From Alphaproteobacteria bacterium (GTDB taxonomy: Bacteria; Pseudomonadota; Alphaproteobacteria; UBA828), in contig CBDCCI010000002.1 of the NCBI GenBank assembly GCA_965214705.1, positions 1-64,000 of the forward strand: 64,000 nucleotides of DNA. Direction: 5' to 3'. The number at the start of each line of letters is the position of its first letter. Positions within the stretch are counted from its first letter, which is position 1. Below are positions 21,129-31,399 of this stretch, piece after piece. Under the pieces are notes generated by a model. The model had not been told where the DNA came from. It worked only from the letters and a program-made list of their open reading frames with translations, and made no database searches. Made by a program: the position numbers and the translations under genes.

Positions 21129-23894
21129 ATGCCTGCGAAACGTGCAGACCAACGAACGCGGCGTCGAAAGCGGGCGACCGCCCCCACCTTTCAGGGCTGG
21201 CATTCGACGGACGAAGAAGAGATCAAGCGGCGACAGTGGCGCGGTCGAACCGAGATCGCCGAAGTCCGGCCCGTGGATGCGGAGAACGGCCCCTTCTGCG
21301 ACTACACGGTGACGTCTTCCAGCGGCAACTCCTACACGGTGGAGATCCGCAGCATCCGGGAGCGCATCAACTCCTGCGGGTGCCCGGATCACAGGACCAA
21401 CCGGCTCGGTACCTGCAAGCACATCGAAGGCGCGCTGCGGCGTCTGACGAGGCGCGTCCGTTCCCTCGAGGTCAGCGGTCGCATCGAGGTCTTTCTCGAC
21501 GAGCGCGACAGCCGGAGTCTGCGCCTGTCGGTGCCCGAGAGCCTCGCGCGCGACAAGCCCGTTCTCGTTGCTGAGGTGGAACGCCACTTCGATGAGTTGC
21601 ATCATGGATCGAGCAAGGCCTTTGCGGCCTTGCGCGGCATCGCAAGGGAAAACGCCCACTCCTTTCGCGTCTCGCACAGGCTGGAGAGCTGGGTCACCGC
21701 CCTGCAATCTGAGAGCGAGCGCCAGCTTGAGCGCGCCCGCTTCGAGGAAGACCTCGAGGCGGGGCGGCGCTCGATGGACATGCTCAAGCTCCCGCTTCTG
21801 CCCTACCAGATCGAAGGGGCGCTGCACCTGGCCTTCGGCGAGCGCGCGCTGTTGGCCGACGACATGGGCCTCGGAAAGACCGTGCAGGCCATCGCGGCCT
21901 GCGCCCTTCTGCGCGAGTTGCGCGGGATCGAACGCGTGCTCGTGGTCTCGCCCGCCTCGCTCAAGGCCGAGTGGAAGGAGCAGATCGCCCGCTTCTGCGA
22001 CCTGTCGGCCACTCCGGTCTACGGTAACTTCCTGACTCGGAGCGCCGCCTATGCGAAGGGATCGTTCTTCACGCTCTGCAACTACGAGCAGGTGGTCGCG
22101 GACGGGCGCAAGATGCTCGACGCCGTGGCCCCCGATGTGGTGATCCTCGACGAGGCGCAGCGCATCAAGAACTGGCAGACCAAGACGGCGACTGCGATCA
22201 AGAAGATGGAGAGCAGGTACGCGTTCGTGCTGACGGGCACGCCGATCGAGAACCGCATAGACGAAATCTACTCGATCGTTCAGTTCCTCGACCCGGAATT
22301 GCTGGGTCCGCTGTTCCGGTTCAACCGTGAGTACTACGAACTCGACGAGAGGGGGCGCCCAAAAGGGTTCCAGAATCTCGAGGGTCTCGCAGACCGGATA
22401 TCCACGGTCATGCTTCGCCGCCGCAAGGATGACGTGGAGACCGAGCTTCCCGCTCTGTCATCCAAGACCTTCTTCGTTCCCATGACCGATGCGCAGACCA
22501 AGGTCTACGAGGACTACGAGTACCTGGCCAGGAGACTCGCGTCGCTCGCCGAGAGGCGGCCTCTGACGGCCGAGGAGTTCGAGATGCTGCAAAAGTATCT
22601 CGCCTGCATGCGCATGGTCTGCGACACGCTCTACATCCTCGGCGGGGACGACGACGCCTGCCCCAAGATGGACGAGATCGAGAAGCTGGTCCCGGACCTG
22701 CTGGACGATCCGGGATGCAAGATCATCGTCTTCTCCGAATGGGTGCGGATGCTGGAGTTGGTCCGCGCCTTCGCGACCGAGGCCGGCATCGAGTTTGCCT
22801 GGCACACGGGCTCCGTGCCCCAGCCCAGGCGGCGCGAAGAGCTGAAGAGATTCCGCGAGGATCCGGACTGCCGCCTGTTCCTCTCCTCCGAGGCCGGCGG
22901 TGTCGGCCTCAACCTCCAGGTCGCGGACACGGTGATCAACATGGACCAGCCCTGGAACCCTGCGAGGCTCGATCAGCGGATCGCGCGGGCATGGCGCAAG
23001 CATCAGCATCGCACGGTCAGGGTCTTCAATCTGGTGAGCGAGGACACCATCGAGCACCGGATGCTTGGGCTCTTGGACGCCAAGCGAACCTTGGCCGAGG
23101 GTGTGCTGGACCGGCGCGGCGACCTCGCCAGTATTCCGCTGCCGACCAGCAGGACGGCCTTTATGGAGCGCTTGAAGGCCGTGCTCGGTACCGAATCGAC
23201 TGCGGAACCCGACGAAGCCGCCGCACCGACGATCTCCCCGACAGAGGCTCTGCGGGACAGGCTGATCGCCGATCATGGTAATGCGCTGAGCCGCATCTTC
23301 GGTCATGAGAACGGAACGGCGATCCTGGCTGTGATTGATCTTCCCGCGGACCGGATCGGCGAGGAAGAGAAGCGGCTTACCGAGCTCACGGATCTGACGG
23401 TCACGGTGATCGATCCCGCGACTCATGAGTCGATGATGCGGCTGGCTCAATCGGGGCTGATTCCCTCACCGACAGAGACGATGGAACAGATTTTCCCCAT
23501 GCCGGGAGAGCGCGAAGACGCGGAAGAGCGGGCGAACCTGCTACGTGCTCGGGCGCTCGCGGACCGCGCCGACCACAAACTCAAGGCAGCTCAGCTTCTT
23601 GCGGGCGGAGGCTTCGCCGAGGAGGCGCGCGTGCCGGCCGTCGACGCCATCCGCCTTACCGCTGGCTCATTGGCGGCGATAACATCGGGGAAGGAGCCCG
23701 AGGACGTGGAGGAAGCGGCGGCGTTTCTTGCCAGCCTGGAGCCCGGCGGCGAAGATGACGGAGTGCCGTTTGACGCCGTGCGGGTGCTTTCCGGGGATAC
23801 AATGAAGCGGGACACTGTCGAGACTGCTGCTGCATTCCTTGATCACGTGTCGCAACGAATCTCAACAATGCTGGCGACTTCGCAGCAGGCCTAG
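21129..23894 (+). CDS. SWIM zinc finger + SNF2-family helicase
   Basis: CGCPD...CKH SWIM; LADDMGLGKT, DEAQRIKN, LTGTPIEN, GGVGLNLQ, WNPARLDQRIARAWR. Confidence 0.92.
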   Translation: MPAKRADQRTRRRKRATAPTFQGWHSTDEEEIKRRQWRGRTEIAEVRPVDAENGPFCDYTVTSSSGNSYTVEIRSIRERINSCGCPDHRTNRLGTCKHIEGALRRLTRRVRSLEVSGRIEVFLDERDSRSLRLSVPESLARDKPVLVAEVERHFDELHHGSSKAFAALRGIARENAHSFRVSHRLESWVTALQSESERQLERARFEEDLEAGRRSMDMLKLPLLPYQIEGALHLAFGERALLADDMGLGKTVQAIAACALLRELRGIERVLVVSPASLKAEWKEQIARFCDLSATPVYGNFLTRSAAYAKGSFFTLCNYEQVVADGRKMLDAVAPDVVILDEAQRIKNWQTKTATAIKKMESRYAFVLTGTPIENRIDEIYSIVQFLDPELLGPLFRFNREYYELDERGRPKGFQNLEGLADRISTVMLRRRKDDVETELPALSSKTFFVPMTDAQTKVYEDYEYLARRLASLAERRPLTAEEFEMLQKYLACMRMVCDTLYILGGDDDACPKMDEIEKLVPDLLDDPGCKIIVFSEWVRMLELVRAFATEAGIEFAWHTGSVPQPRRREELKRFREDPDCRLFLSSEAGGVGLNLQVADTVINMDQPWNPARLDQRIARAWRKHQHRTVRVFNLVSEDTIEHRMLGLLDAKRTLAEGVLDRRGDLASIPLPTSRTAFMERLKAVLGTESTAEPDEAAAPTISPTEALRDRLIADHGNALSRIFGHENGTAILAVIDLPADRIGEEEKRLTELTDLTVTVIDPATHESMMRLAQSGLIPSPTETMEQIFPMPGEREDAEERANLLRARALADRADHKLKAAQLLAGGGFAEEARVPAVDAIRLTAGSLAAITSGKEPEDVEEAAAFLASLEPGGEDDGVPFDAVRVLSGDTMKRDTVETAAAFLDHVSQRISTMLATSQQA

Positions 23895-24051
23895 GCTCAG
23901 ACTTCCTGACCTCATGGCCTTGGCGATGCGGATCGGTGCGTCGGGAACTCGTTGAAATTCCCCGCTTTCTTCCCGTTTCAGGCCAGGTTTTCGTTGATCG
24001 GCACGGCGGAATCTGCTATTTTATGGTGACGCAGATTCGGCGGCCTGAGCC

Positions 24052-26441
24052 ATGCCCATCACCCTCCCGATTTGCCCCCCAGAAGCGGTTCCGATCGGCA
24101 ACAGCTGCTTCGCCGTCCTGATCTCCGACGACACCTTCACCTACTTCTCCAATCTCGTTCCGTTCGACAGCCACCCCGCCGATGACCGTGCCGCCATGCT
24201 CATGCGGATTGGCCGGCTCGCGGTGGTCAGCGACATCGCGCAACGGGATCTGGTCGACGCGTTCGGTGTCTCGCGCGCGACCGTGCTGCGCGCGCGGCGG
24301 CGCTACCTGGCCGAGGGTGAAGCGGCGTTTCTGAAACCCCGGCGCGGTCGCGGGCCGTCGGTGTTCACACCGGAACTGGCCGAGAAGGCGACAGCGTTGC
24401 TGGAAGCGGGCCTGAGCGGCTCTGCGGTGGCCCGGGTTCTGGGCGTGTCGGTGGCGTCGGTCAACAAGTGGCGCCGGCAGGGGCTGATCGGCAAGGCGGC
24501 GCAGGAGCCCGGGGGTTCGGCGCAGGGTCCACCGCCCGATGCGGTTGAGCGGCGCGTCGACGATGACGGTGCCGGCGCCCCCGGGTCCGAGACGGTACGA
24601 CCGGAAGCGCCGCCCCTGACGGAACCGGCGCAGAGCCGCTCACCAGGCCCCATCGACGCCGGGCCGCAGACCGATCGCACCGCACGCGACCGGCGCGACC
24701 GGCAGGCGCCGATGGGGCGCGCGACCTGCGATGTTTCGGGCCGGGTGCTGGCCAGCTGCGGGCAGGCGGGGCCGGTCGATCCGCAGTTCGGCAGCGCCGC
24801 CCGCGGGGTGCGCTCAGGTGGCGTTCTCACCGCCCTGCCGGCTCTGCTCAAGGAAGGCCTGCTGGCCGCGACCGAGGTCCTGCCACCGCTGCCGAAGGGC
24901 TATTACGGCCTGAACACGATCCTGCTCTTCCTGGCCTTCATGAGCTTGGCGCGGGTGCGCAATCCCGAGAGCCTGCGCTACCGGCCGCCGGGCGAATGGG
25001 GCGCCATTCTCGGCCTCGACCGCTGCCCCGAGGTCAAGACGCTGCGGCGCAAGATCGCGCTGATCGCCAACGACGAGGCCGGCGTGCGGGCCTGGCAGCT
25101 CGCCCTTGCCAGGCGCTGGCAGGCCGACGAGCCGGAGCTCTGGGCGACGCTGGCCGTCGACGGGCACGTCAAGGTCTACGCCGGCCGCAAGGGACGCCTG
25201 CCGAAACACTTCGTCTCGCGCCAGAAGCTGTGCCTGCCGGCCAGCGCCAGCTACTGGATCAATGCCCTGGGCGGCAAACCCCTGCTCTGTCTGCACAAGA
25301 CGCTGGATCCGAAGATGGTCGCCGCCATCGAAGCCGACGTGGTGGCGGCGCTGCAGGAGCTCGGGATCGTCGATGCTCAGGCGCCGGACCTGACCGCACA
25401 GGCGCCCGGCCACCCCGCGCTCACCCTGGTCTTCGACCGCGAGGGCTGGAGCCCGGAGCTGTTCCGCCGGCTGGCGAGGCGCGGCATCGCTTGCCTGACC
25501 TGGCACAAGAACTTCAGCGGCGAGGATTGGCCGGTCGAGGACTTCAGCGCGACGACCGTTCCCATTCACGGACCGGCGACGAGCGGCACCGCCGCCTTGC
25601 GGCTGGCCGAAAAGCCGGTGACGTTGCCGAACGGCTTCAGGGTGCGCCAGATCCGCCGCCTGCTGGACAACGGCCGCCAGATCCCCTTCATCGTCACCGA
25701 TCCGCACAAACCGATGGGCGAGGCCGCAGGCGCCATGGTCTCGCGCTGGTCGCAGGAAAACTTCTTCAAGTACATGCGCGACGAGTTCAACCTCGACGCC
25801 CTGCCGACCCACCAACTCGAGCCGCTCGCTCCCGACACCATGGTCGTCAACCCGCTCCGGCGGGCCTACGACAAGGCAATCCGCAGCGCCGAACGCCGGC
25901 TCGCCCGCCTGCGCAACCGGATCGCCGGCGCGGCCAGGAAAAAGAGGCCGACGGCGCAGCTCAGGAGCGAGGTCAGGGACCTCGAGGGCGCCCTCGAGAT
26001 CGCCAAGGCCAGCCGCAGGAACGTGCCGAAGCACTGTCGGGCCGGCGACCTCGACGAAGACCGACAGCTCGATGCCCTGCCCTCACGCGACCGTCTCCTC
26101 CTCGACGTCATCCGCATGATCGCCTACCGCGCCGAAACCCGCATGATGCTCCCCGTCATGCAGGGACAAGGCAAGAAGCCTCATCCCCGGAAACTGCTTC
26201 AGGCTCTCTTGGCCGCCGATGCCGACATCCTGCCGGACCCCGCCAACGGCGTTCTCCGGGTCCATATTCTCGGCCTCGCAAATGACGCCTGCGACCGCCA
26301 GATCGATGCCCTCCTGAGCGAGCTCAACGCCACCGAAACCGTCTTCCCCGGGACCGAACTGCGCATGGTCTACGAGGTCGCCGCAGCCCCGGAATCCACG
26401 CAAACCGCATCACCCCAAATCAGCAGAGGTCAGGAAGTCTG
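24052..26441 (+). CDS. Transposase (796 aa, ends ...RGQEV; stop TG|A split by the intron)
   Basis: N-terminal HTHs, VDGHVKVY, VFDREG, RWSQENFFKY (DDE-like). The ORF-track extension to 26775 is read-through into intron RNA. Confidence 0.85.
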
Positions 26442-26837
26442 GTGCGCCAGGCAAACTGGTGGAATGTCGCCGGGTGGAAGTCCCGGCAGAAAGAGAGGTG
26501 AACCGACCACTTTCTCCGCGACCCATGCGCCGGTCGTCGCGAGGCGGCAGGCGAAGCGTTGGGAAGCGGCAGGCACGGGCCGGGCTATTGAGCCACGAAA
26601 CCTGATTCAACCGGGGTGCCGAGGCTGTCAGATTAGCCGAAGGCAACACCCTGTGAGCCGTTTTGGTGAGGCGAGCAGGGGCTCTGCGGGGTCTAAGAAC
26701 CATGGCACGTGCCGAAGCAGTCCACCGGGACCTGGGAGGTCTTCGAACTGCCCCGCGGTCGTGCGGGGCCGCTAAGGAAAGGAGCTATACCGCAACCCAA
26801 TGATGTACGGTTCGAAGAAATCAGATTCGCCCATAGT

Positions 26838-28861
26838 GTGTGCTGGGCAGCGCCCAGATCAGGTGGGTTCAAGTCCCACTGGCGCTCGGGTAAGGGGCGC
26901 CATATCCAAAAGTGGGGGTAATTCGTCACTGGCCGGAGTGAGCCGATAAGCGAAACTCTAAACGGGCACGAAGCCGGAAACGGCGGAGACAGCCAAGGGA
27001 GGAGCTAAGTTGGTCCACTGTCGAAAGACAACCGGAAGGCAGGGTGTCCACCGCGAGGTGGAATCTGAAGGGCTTGCGGAGAAGTACCGGGCCGTAATCG
27101 AGGGGGCCACCCCATGATGAATCGGTCGGCCAAAGACGGGGCAAGGTCGAGCCGGCACTATGGCGGCGAAGGCGTTCTTACCCACCCGTCGCACCAAGGT
27201 GTTTGCGAGCGGCACGGTACGGAAGATCTGGACGTGACCCCAGGAGGGCTCGCCGCGTTCCCGGGTGGCACCGGGATAACGGACCCTATAAGCCGAAAGG
27301 CGAAATGGGAAAGGATGCGCGGCGAGCAATCGGACAACCGAATAGTACCTGAAGCCCGGCGAAAGCCGGGTGACCGCGCGAGCGGCGGCCGTGTGGGCCG
27401 GGGAAGTCGGTTGGCAGAGGTGGTCGGCGAGAGACAGCGATGAGTGAGTAAGGACCATGACGCGGACAAGTTCCTTGAGCGAAAGACCCGGACATCATGG
27501 CCCGAGGAGACTCATCGACTGGATCAACCCGGCGGGTGACAGGAAGGTCCACTCACTGGTGGACAAGGTGTACAAGCGGAAGAACCTTGAGGTGGCCTGG
27601 GAAAAGGTGAAGCGCAACCGGGGTGCCGGTGGCGTGGACGGAGAGGATTTAGCGGCGTTCGAGGCATCGCTGGATGCAAATCTCGATCGCCTGCACCGGG
27701 AGTTGCGGGACGGTGAGTATCACCCGCAGCCGGTTCTCCAATGCCTGATCCCCAAGGCGGGCCAGCCGGGGAAGTTCCGCCCGCTCGGCATCCCGACAAT
27801 CTACGACCGGGTGTGCCAGCAGGCGCTGCTGAACCGGCTGGAACCGATCTTCGAGCCGGTGTTCGACGATGCCAACTACGGGTACCGGCAAGGAAGGTCT
27901 GCCCATGGAGCGTTACGCAAGATATGGAGGGAACTGGACGAGGGCAACGAGTGGGTTCTCGATGCGGATTTGAAAGACTTTTTCGGGTCCGTGGACCACG
28001 AAAAGCTCCTCGAACTCGTCAACCAGCGAGTCTCGGATGGCCGGGTATTAGGTCTGCTCAGGCAGATGCTCACGGCCGGGGTGGTGGCCGACGGTAAGAG
28101 GCTGCCGACCGAACAGGGCACTCCGCAGGGCGGCATCGTTTCACCGCTGCTCAGCAATATCTTGCTGACCCCGTTCGATTGGGAAATGCGTCGTCGCGGC
28201 TATCGACTAACGCGATACGCCGATGATTGGCTGATCACGTGCCGCACACGCGGGGAAGCCCGCGCAGCACTGGAGACGGCCAGGCGGATTCTGGCAAAGC
28301 TGGGTGTGTCCCTCAACGCCGGGAAGACCCGCATTGTCCATGTCAGGCACGGGTTTGAGTTCCTCGGCTACAAGATCAAGCAGGGCGAGCGGCCTCTCCG
28401 GCTGTCGTCCTCCAAGATCAAGAGCGGGGTTCGCGGGGGAGCGCGCTACGCGGTTCCGCGTGAGAAATCCATCCGGCACTTCAAGGACCAGATTCGCCAG
28501 CGTACCCGGCGCAAGGCTCCTGTCAGCACGCAGGAGCTGATTGACGAGATCAACCCGATCATTCGGGGATGGGGCCAATACTATTGCAAGGCCCACGTCC
28601 GCGGGCTCTTCCACCAGCTTGACGGCTGGATCGTGCGGCGGCTCTGGTCGCATCGTCGCAAGCGCTGGCGCAACGCTGGCTGGAAACAGTTGCCGGAGCG
28701 CAAGCTGATCGACGAATACGGGCTTGTTCGCCTGATCTCACTGGTTCCGTCCTTGAACCTTCGTTGAGACACCTTTGTGAAAGCGGCTTACGGGAAAACC
28801 GTACGGGCCGTTTGAGCGGCGGACGGAGGCTAGCCTCGCGGGGCGCCTCCTCCGACCCGAC
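26838..28861 (+). mobile_element. Group II intron I, copy 1 (inner, 2024 nt, intact)
   Basis: 5' GTGTG; DV AAGCGGCTTACGGGAAAACCGTACGGGCCGTTT at 28781-28813; 3' end ...CCGAC; both boundaries coincide with the edges of identity to copy 2. Confidence 0.95.
27457..28767 (+). CDS. Intron I reverse transcriptase/maturase (no endonuclease domain)
   Basis: GVDG, RPLGIPT, GTPQGG, RYADD, FEFLGY, IRGWGQYY. Confidence 0.95.
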   Translation: MTRTSSLSERPGHHGPRRLIDWINPAGDRKVHSLVDKVYKRKNLEVAWEKVKRNRGAGGVDGEDLAAFEASLDANLDRLHRELRDGEYHPQPVLQCLIPKAGQPGKFRPLGIPTIYDRVCQQALLNRLEPIFEPVFDDANYGYRQGRSAHGALRKIWRELDEGNEWVLDADLKDFFGSVDHEKLLELVNQRVSDGRVLGLLRQMLTAGVVADGKRLPTEQGTPQGGIVSPLLSNILLTPFDWEMRRRGYRLTRYADDWLITCRTRGEARAALETARRILAKLGVSLNAGKTRIVHVRHGFEFLGYKIKQGERPLRLSSSKIKSGVRGGARYAVPREKSIRHFKDQIRQRTRRKAPVSTQELIDEINPIIRGWGQYYCKAHVRGLFHQLDGWIVRRLWSHRRKRWRNAGWKQLPERKLIDEYGLVRLISLVPSLNLR

Positions 28862-28865
28862 AGCA

Positions 28866-30302
28866 ATGAAGCCGGCGAACAACGGCCCCTCGGGGCCGGC
28901 GGAGCCGGGGGAGCGAAGGGGCGGACCCAAGGGCAATCCGAAAGGCCAAAGCTCGCGCCGCGCGCAGAAGCGGGGAAGCGAGTCACAGGCGGCCGACCGG
29001 ATACGACAGGCTGCAAAGAGGAACCCGGATGAGTGTCTCGTGGCGCTCCTCCACCATGTGACGGTTGACTGCCTGCGCGACGCGTACCATTCGCTGAGAA
29101 AGGACGCGGCAGCGGGGGTGGACGGCGTCACGTGGGAGGCATACGCCGACGGGCTGGAAGATCGCTTGGTCGACCTGCACGGGCGTGTGCACAGGGGGGC
29201 GTATCGGGCGCCGCCGTCGCGGCGGGTCTACATACCCAAAGAGGACGGGGGACAACGACCGCTCGGCATCGCCTCGCTGGAGGACAAGATACTCCAGCGG
29301 GCGGTGACGGATACGATTCTGGTGCCGATCTACGAGACGGAGTTCCTCGGCTTCAGCTACGGCTTCCGGCCGGGGCGGGGGACGCATAACGCGCTCGACG
29401 CCGTGGCGGTTGGAATGGAACGGCGGAAGGTCAACTGGGTCGTTGACGCCGACATCCGCGGGTTCTTCGACAATCTCGGGCGGGACCACCTGGTCGGGAT
29501 GCTCGAAAGGCGCATCGGAGACACGCGGGTCATGCGGCTGATCGTCAAGTGGCTGAACGCCGGCGTCATGGAAGGGACCGACTGGACGGACACCGGCAGG
29601 GGCGTTCCGCAGGGTGGGATAATCTCACCCTGCCTCGCCAACGTTTACCTGCATTACGTGCTCGACGACTGGTTCCACAACACATGGCGCAAACGGACGG
29701 CAGGAGGCGACACAATCATCGTGCGATACGCCGATGATTTTGTGTGCGGCTTCCAGCACGAGGGCGACGCGAAGCGTTTCCTCCGGGACCTCGGCGAGAG
29801 GCTGGCCCAGTACGGACTGGAACTGCATCCGGGCAAGACCCGGCTCATCGAATTCGGCCGCTACGCGAAAGCGAACCGCCGGACACGGGGGCAGGGCAAG
29901 CCGGAGACGTTCGACTTCCTTGGCATGACGCACTTCTGCGACCAGTCGAGGAAGGGACGGTTCAGGGTCGGCCGCAGGCCATCCCGGAAACGGGTCAACC
30001 GCACTCTGCGGGGGATCGCGGAAAGGCTGCGCAAGCGCTGGCACGACAACCGGCACGAGACAGCGAAGTGGCTGGGAAGGGTCATCGACGGCTGGCTCAA
30101 CTACTACGGCGTACCCGGGAGCGGCCGCTATCTGGTGCGGTTCGTGCACCAATGCAAACGGCTGCTCATGCGTGCCCTGCGGCGAAGGTCCCAACGGGAC
30201 CGCACCGCGTGGGAGGATATCAATCCCCTCACTGCTGCCCACTGGCCCAAGGCCAGCATCCGTCATCCGTGGCCGAACCAGCGGCTTGTCGTCAGGACCT
30301 GA
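28866..30302 (+). CDS. Intron A reverse transcriptase/maturase
   Basis: AAGVDG, RPLGI, GVPQGG, RYADD, ETFDFLGMTH, HPWP. After inner-intron removal the frame is open from ATG 26800 (MMYGSKKSDSPIV|AMKPAN). Confidence 0.93.
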   Translation: MKPANNGPSGPAEPGERRGGPKGNPKGQSSRRAQKRGSESQAADRIRQAAKRNPDECLVALLHHVTVDCLRDAYHSLRKDAAAGVDGVTWEAYADGLEDRLVDLHGRVHRGAYRAPPSRRVYIPKEDGGQRPLGIASLEDKILQRAVTDTILVPIYETEFLGFSYGFRPGRGTHNALDAVAVGMERRKVNWVVDADIRGFFDNLGRDHLVGMLERRIGDTRVMRLIVKWLNAGVMEGTDWTDTGRGVPQGGIISPCLANVYLHYVLDDWFHNTWRKRTAGGDTIIVRYADDFVCGFQHEGDAKRFLRDLGERLAQYGLELHPGKTRLIEFGRYAKANRRTRGQGKPETFDFLGMTHFCDQSRKGRFRVGRRPSRKRVNRTLRGIAERLRKRWHDNRHETAKWLGRVIDGWLNYYGVPGSGRYLVRFVHQCKRLLMRALRRRSQRDRTAWEDINPLTAAHWPKASIRHPWPNQRLVVRT

Positions 30303-30615
30303 GGGAGGAGCCGGATGCGAACAGCGCCCGTCCGGATCTGTGCGGGGGGACCGGGGCAACCCGGTTCCCTACCGCGATAGGCTGTGACAGTGTCAAAGGA
30401 TGGCGCCTTGGTCATCGCGTCAATTCTCTTCAACGAGAGCTGCCTTCTCAGTTCGATCGGCCAATCGATTGAGGAGACCCCGCAGAGGATTGGCGCGGCA
30501 CAGGTTCAATCAATACTGGGTGTCCATGGATCCTCTTAGGTGGTCCAAGACGCCCACCTGAACCAAGGTGAGAAAGTGACACACACTGCGTCGACGATAT
30601 GGGTATTTTGGGGAC

Positions 30616-30867
30616 ATGAAAACAACGTTAGACATCCACGACGAACTTCTGGCACGTGCGAAGCGGCATGCCAAGGCAACGGGGCGTCCGCTGCGCGCCG
30701 TCGTAGAAGACGGACTTCGCCATGTGCTCCAGCCAAGCAGCCGTCGCCGTACGTACACGCTTCCTGATCTAAGGGCAGGCGATCCCGACGCGCCTGATCC
30801 AACGGATCGGTATTCCTGGCCGGTGTTGCGCGAGCTAATCTACGGCGACCCTGGCAGCATCCGTTGA
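30616..30867 (+). CDS. vapB: VapB-type RHH antitoxin
   Basis: MKTTLDIHDELLARAK...LRAVVEDGLR; overlaps a PIN gene. Confidence 0.85.
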   Translation: MKTTLDIHDELLARAKRHAKATGRPLRAVVEDGLRHVLQPSSRRRTYTLPDLRAGDPDAPDPTDRYSWPVLRELIYGDPGSIR

Positions 30868-31305
30868 TCGCGGTCGACACCAACATTCTGGTTTACGCGC
30901 ACCGACGAGAGTCGCGCCTGGGCGAGGCGGCATATTCTGTCATGGTTGGACTCGCTGAAGGTGACGAGGCTTGGGCGATACCGTGGCCGTGCTGCTACGA
31001 GTTCTTGAGCGTCGTGACCAACCGCCGCATCTGGAAGGATGAGGCGACCAAGCCCGATCATGCTTGGCGCCAATTCATGGCTTGGGCAGGGTCGCCCTCG
31101 CACCACATGATCGGCGAAACCGACGACTTCATTGAGATTCTGGCGCGGATTGCGGATCGTGAGCCGTCCACATGTGGTGGGCGGAGTCGTCCACGACGCC
31201 CGCATCGCGGCGGTGTGTATCGCGCACGGCGTCGACGCGCTGCTCACGCGCGACCGGAATTTCTCCCTCTTCCCCGAGCTGGTGATACGCGACCCGTTCG
31301 AGTGA
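30864..31305 (+). pseudogene. vapC: VapC PIN toxin, frameshifted by a 7-bp insertion
   Basis: IAVDTNILVYA; the C-terminus VHDARIAAVC...TRDRNF is in another frame after GCGGAT-T-GCGGAT. Confidence 0.85.
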
Positions 31306-31399
31306 GCCCCAGTGGGAATTCGGCGCTTGTCCGTTGCGAAACTGCGCTTCAGAAGGCACCGCACTAAGCCGAACAGCGATATCAACCTGCCTTTCTTAC

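Larger units (their letters stand above)
26442..30378 (+). mobile_element. Group II intron A (outer; class E-like; 1913 nt without the nested intron)
   Basis: 5' GTGCG; DV GAGCCGGATGCG...CGTCCGGATC at 30308-30338; DVI ending ACCGCGAT; EBS1 CAGATT (26629-34) and EBS2 CCTGA (26601-05) pair with the 5' exon. Confidence 0.93.
23897..30379 (+). mobile_element. IS element (family unassigned) with a group II twintron in its right IR
   Basis: 17-bp IRs TCAGACTTCCTGACCTC (23897-23913) and GAGGTCAGGAAGTCTG|A (26426-26441 + 30379); 3-bp flanking repeat GGC. Confidence 0.85.

Noticed and set aside
24052-26775. 907-aa transposase from the ORF track
   Set aside because: The last 111 codons are read-through into intron A; the real stop is split by the intron.
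28764-28865. N-terminal extension MRHLCESG... of the intron A RT (also 56797..56988)
   Set aside because: It is translated DV/DVI RNA of the inner intron.
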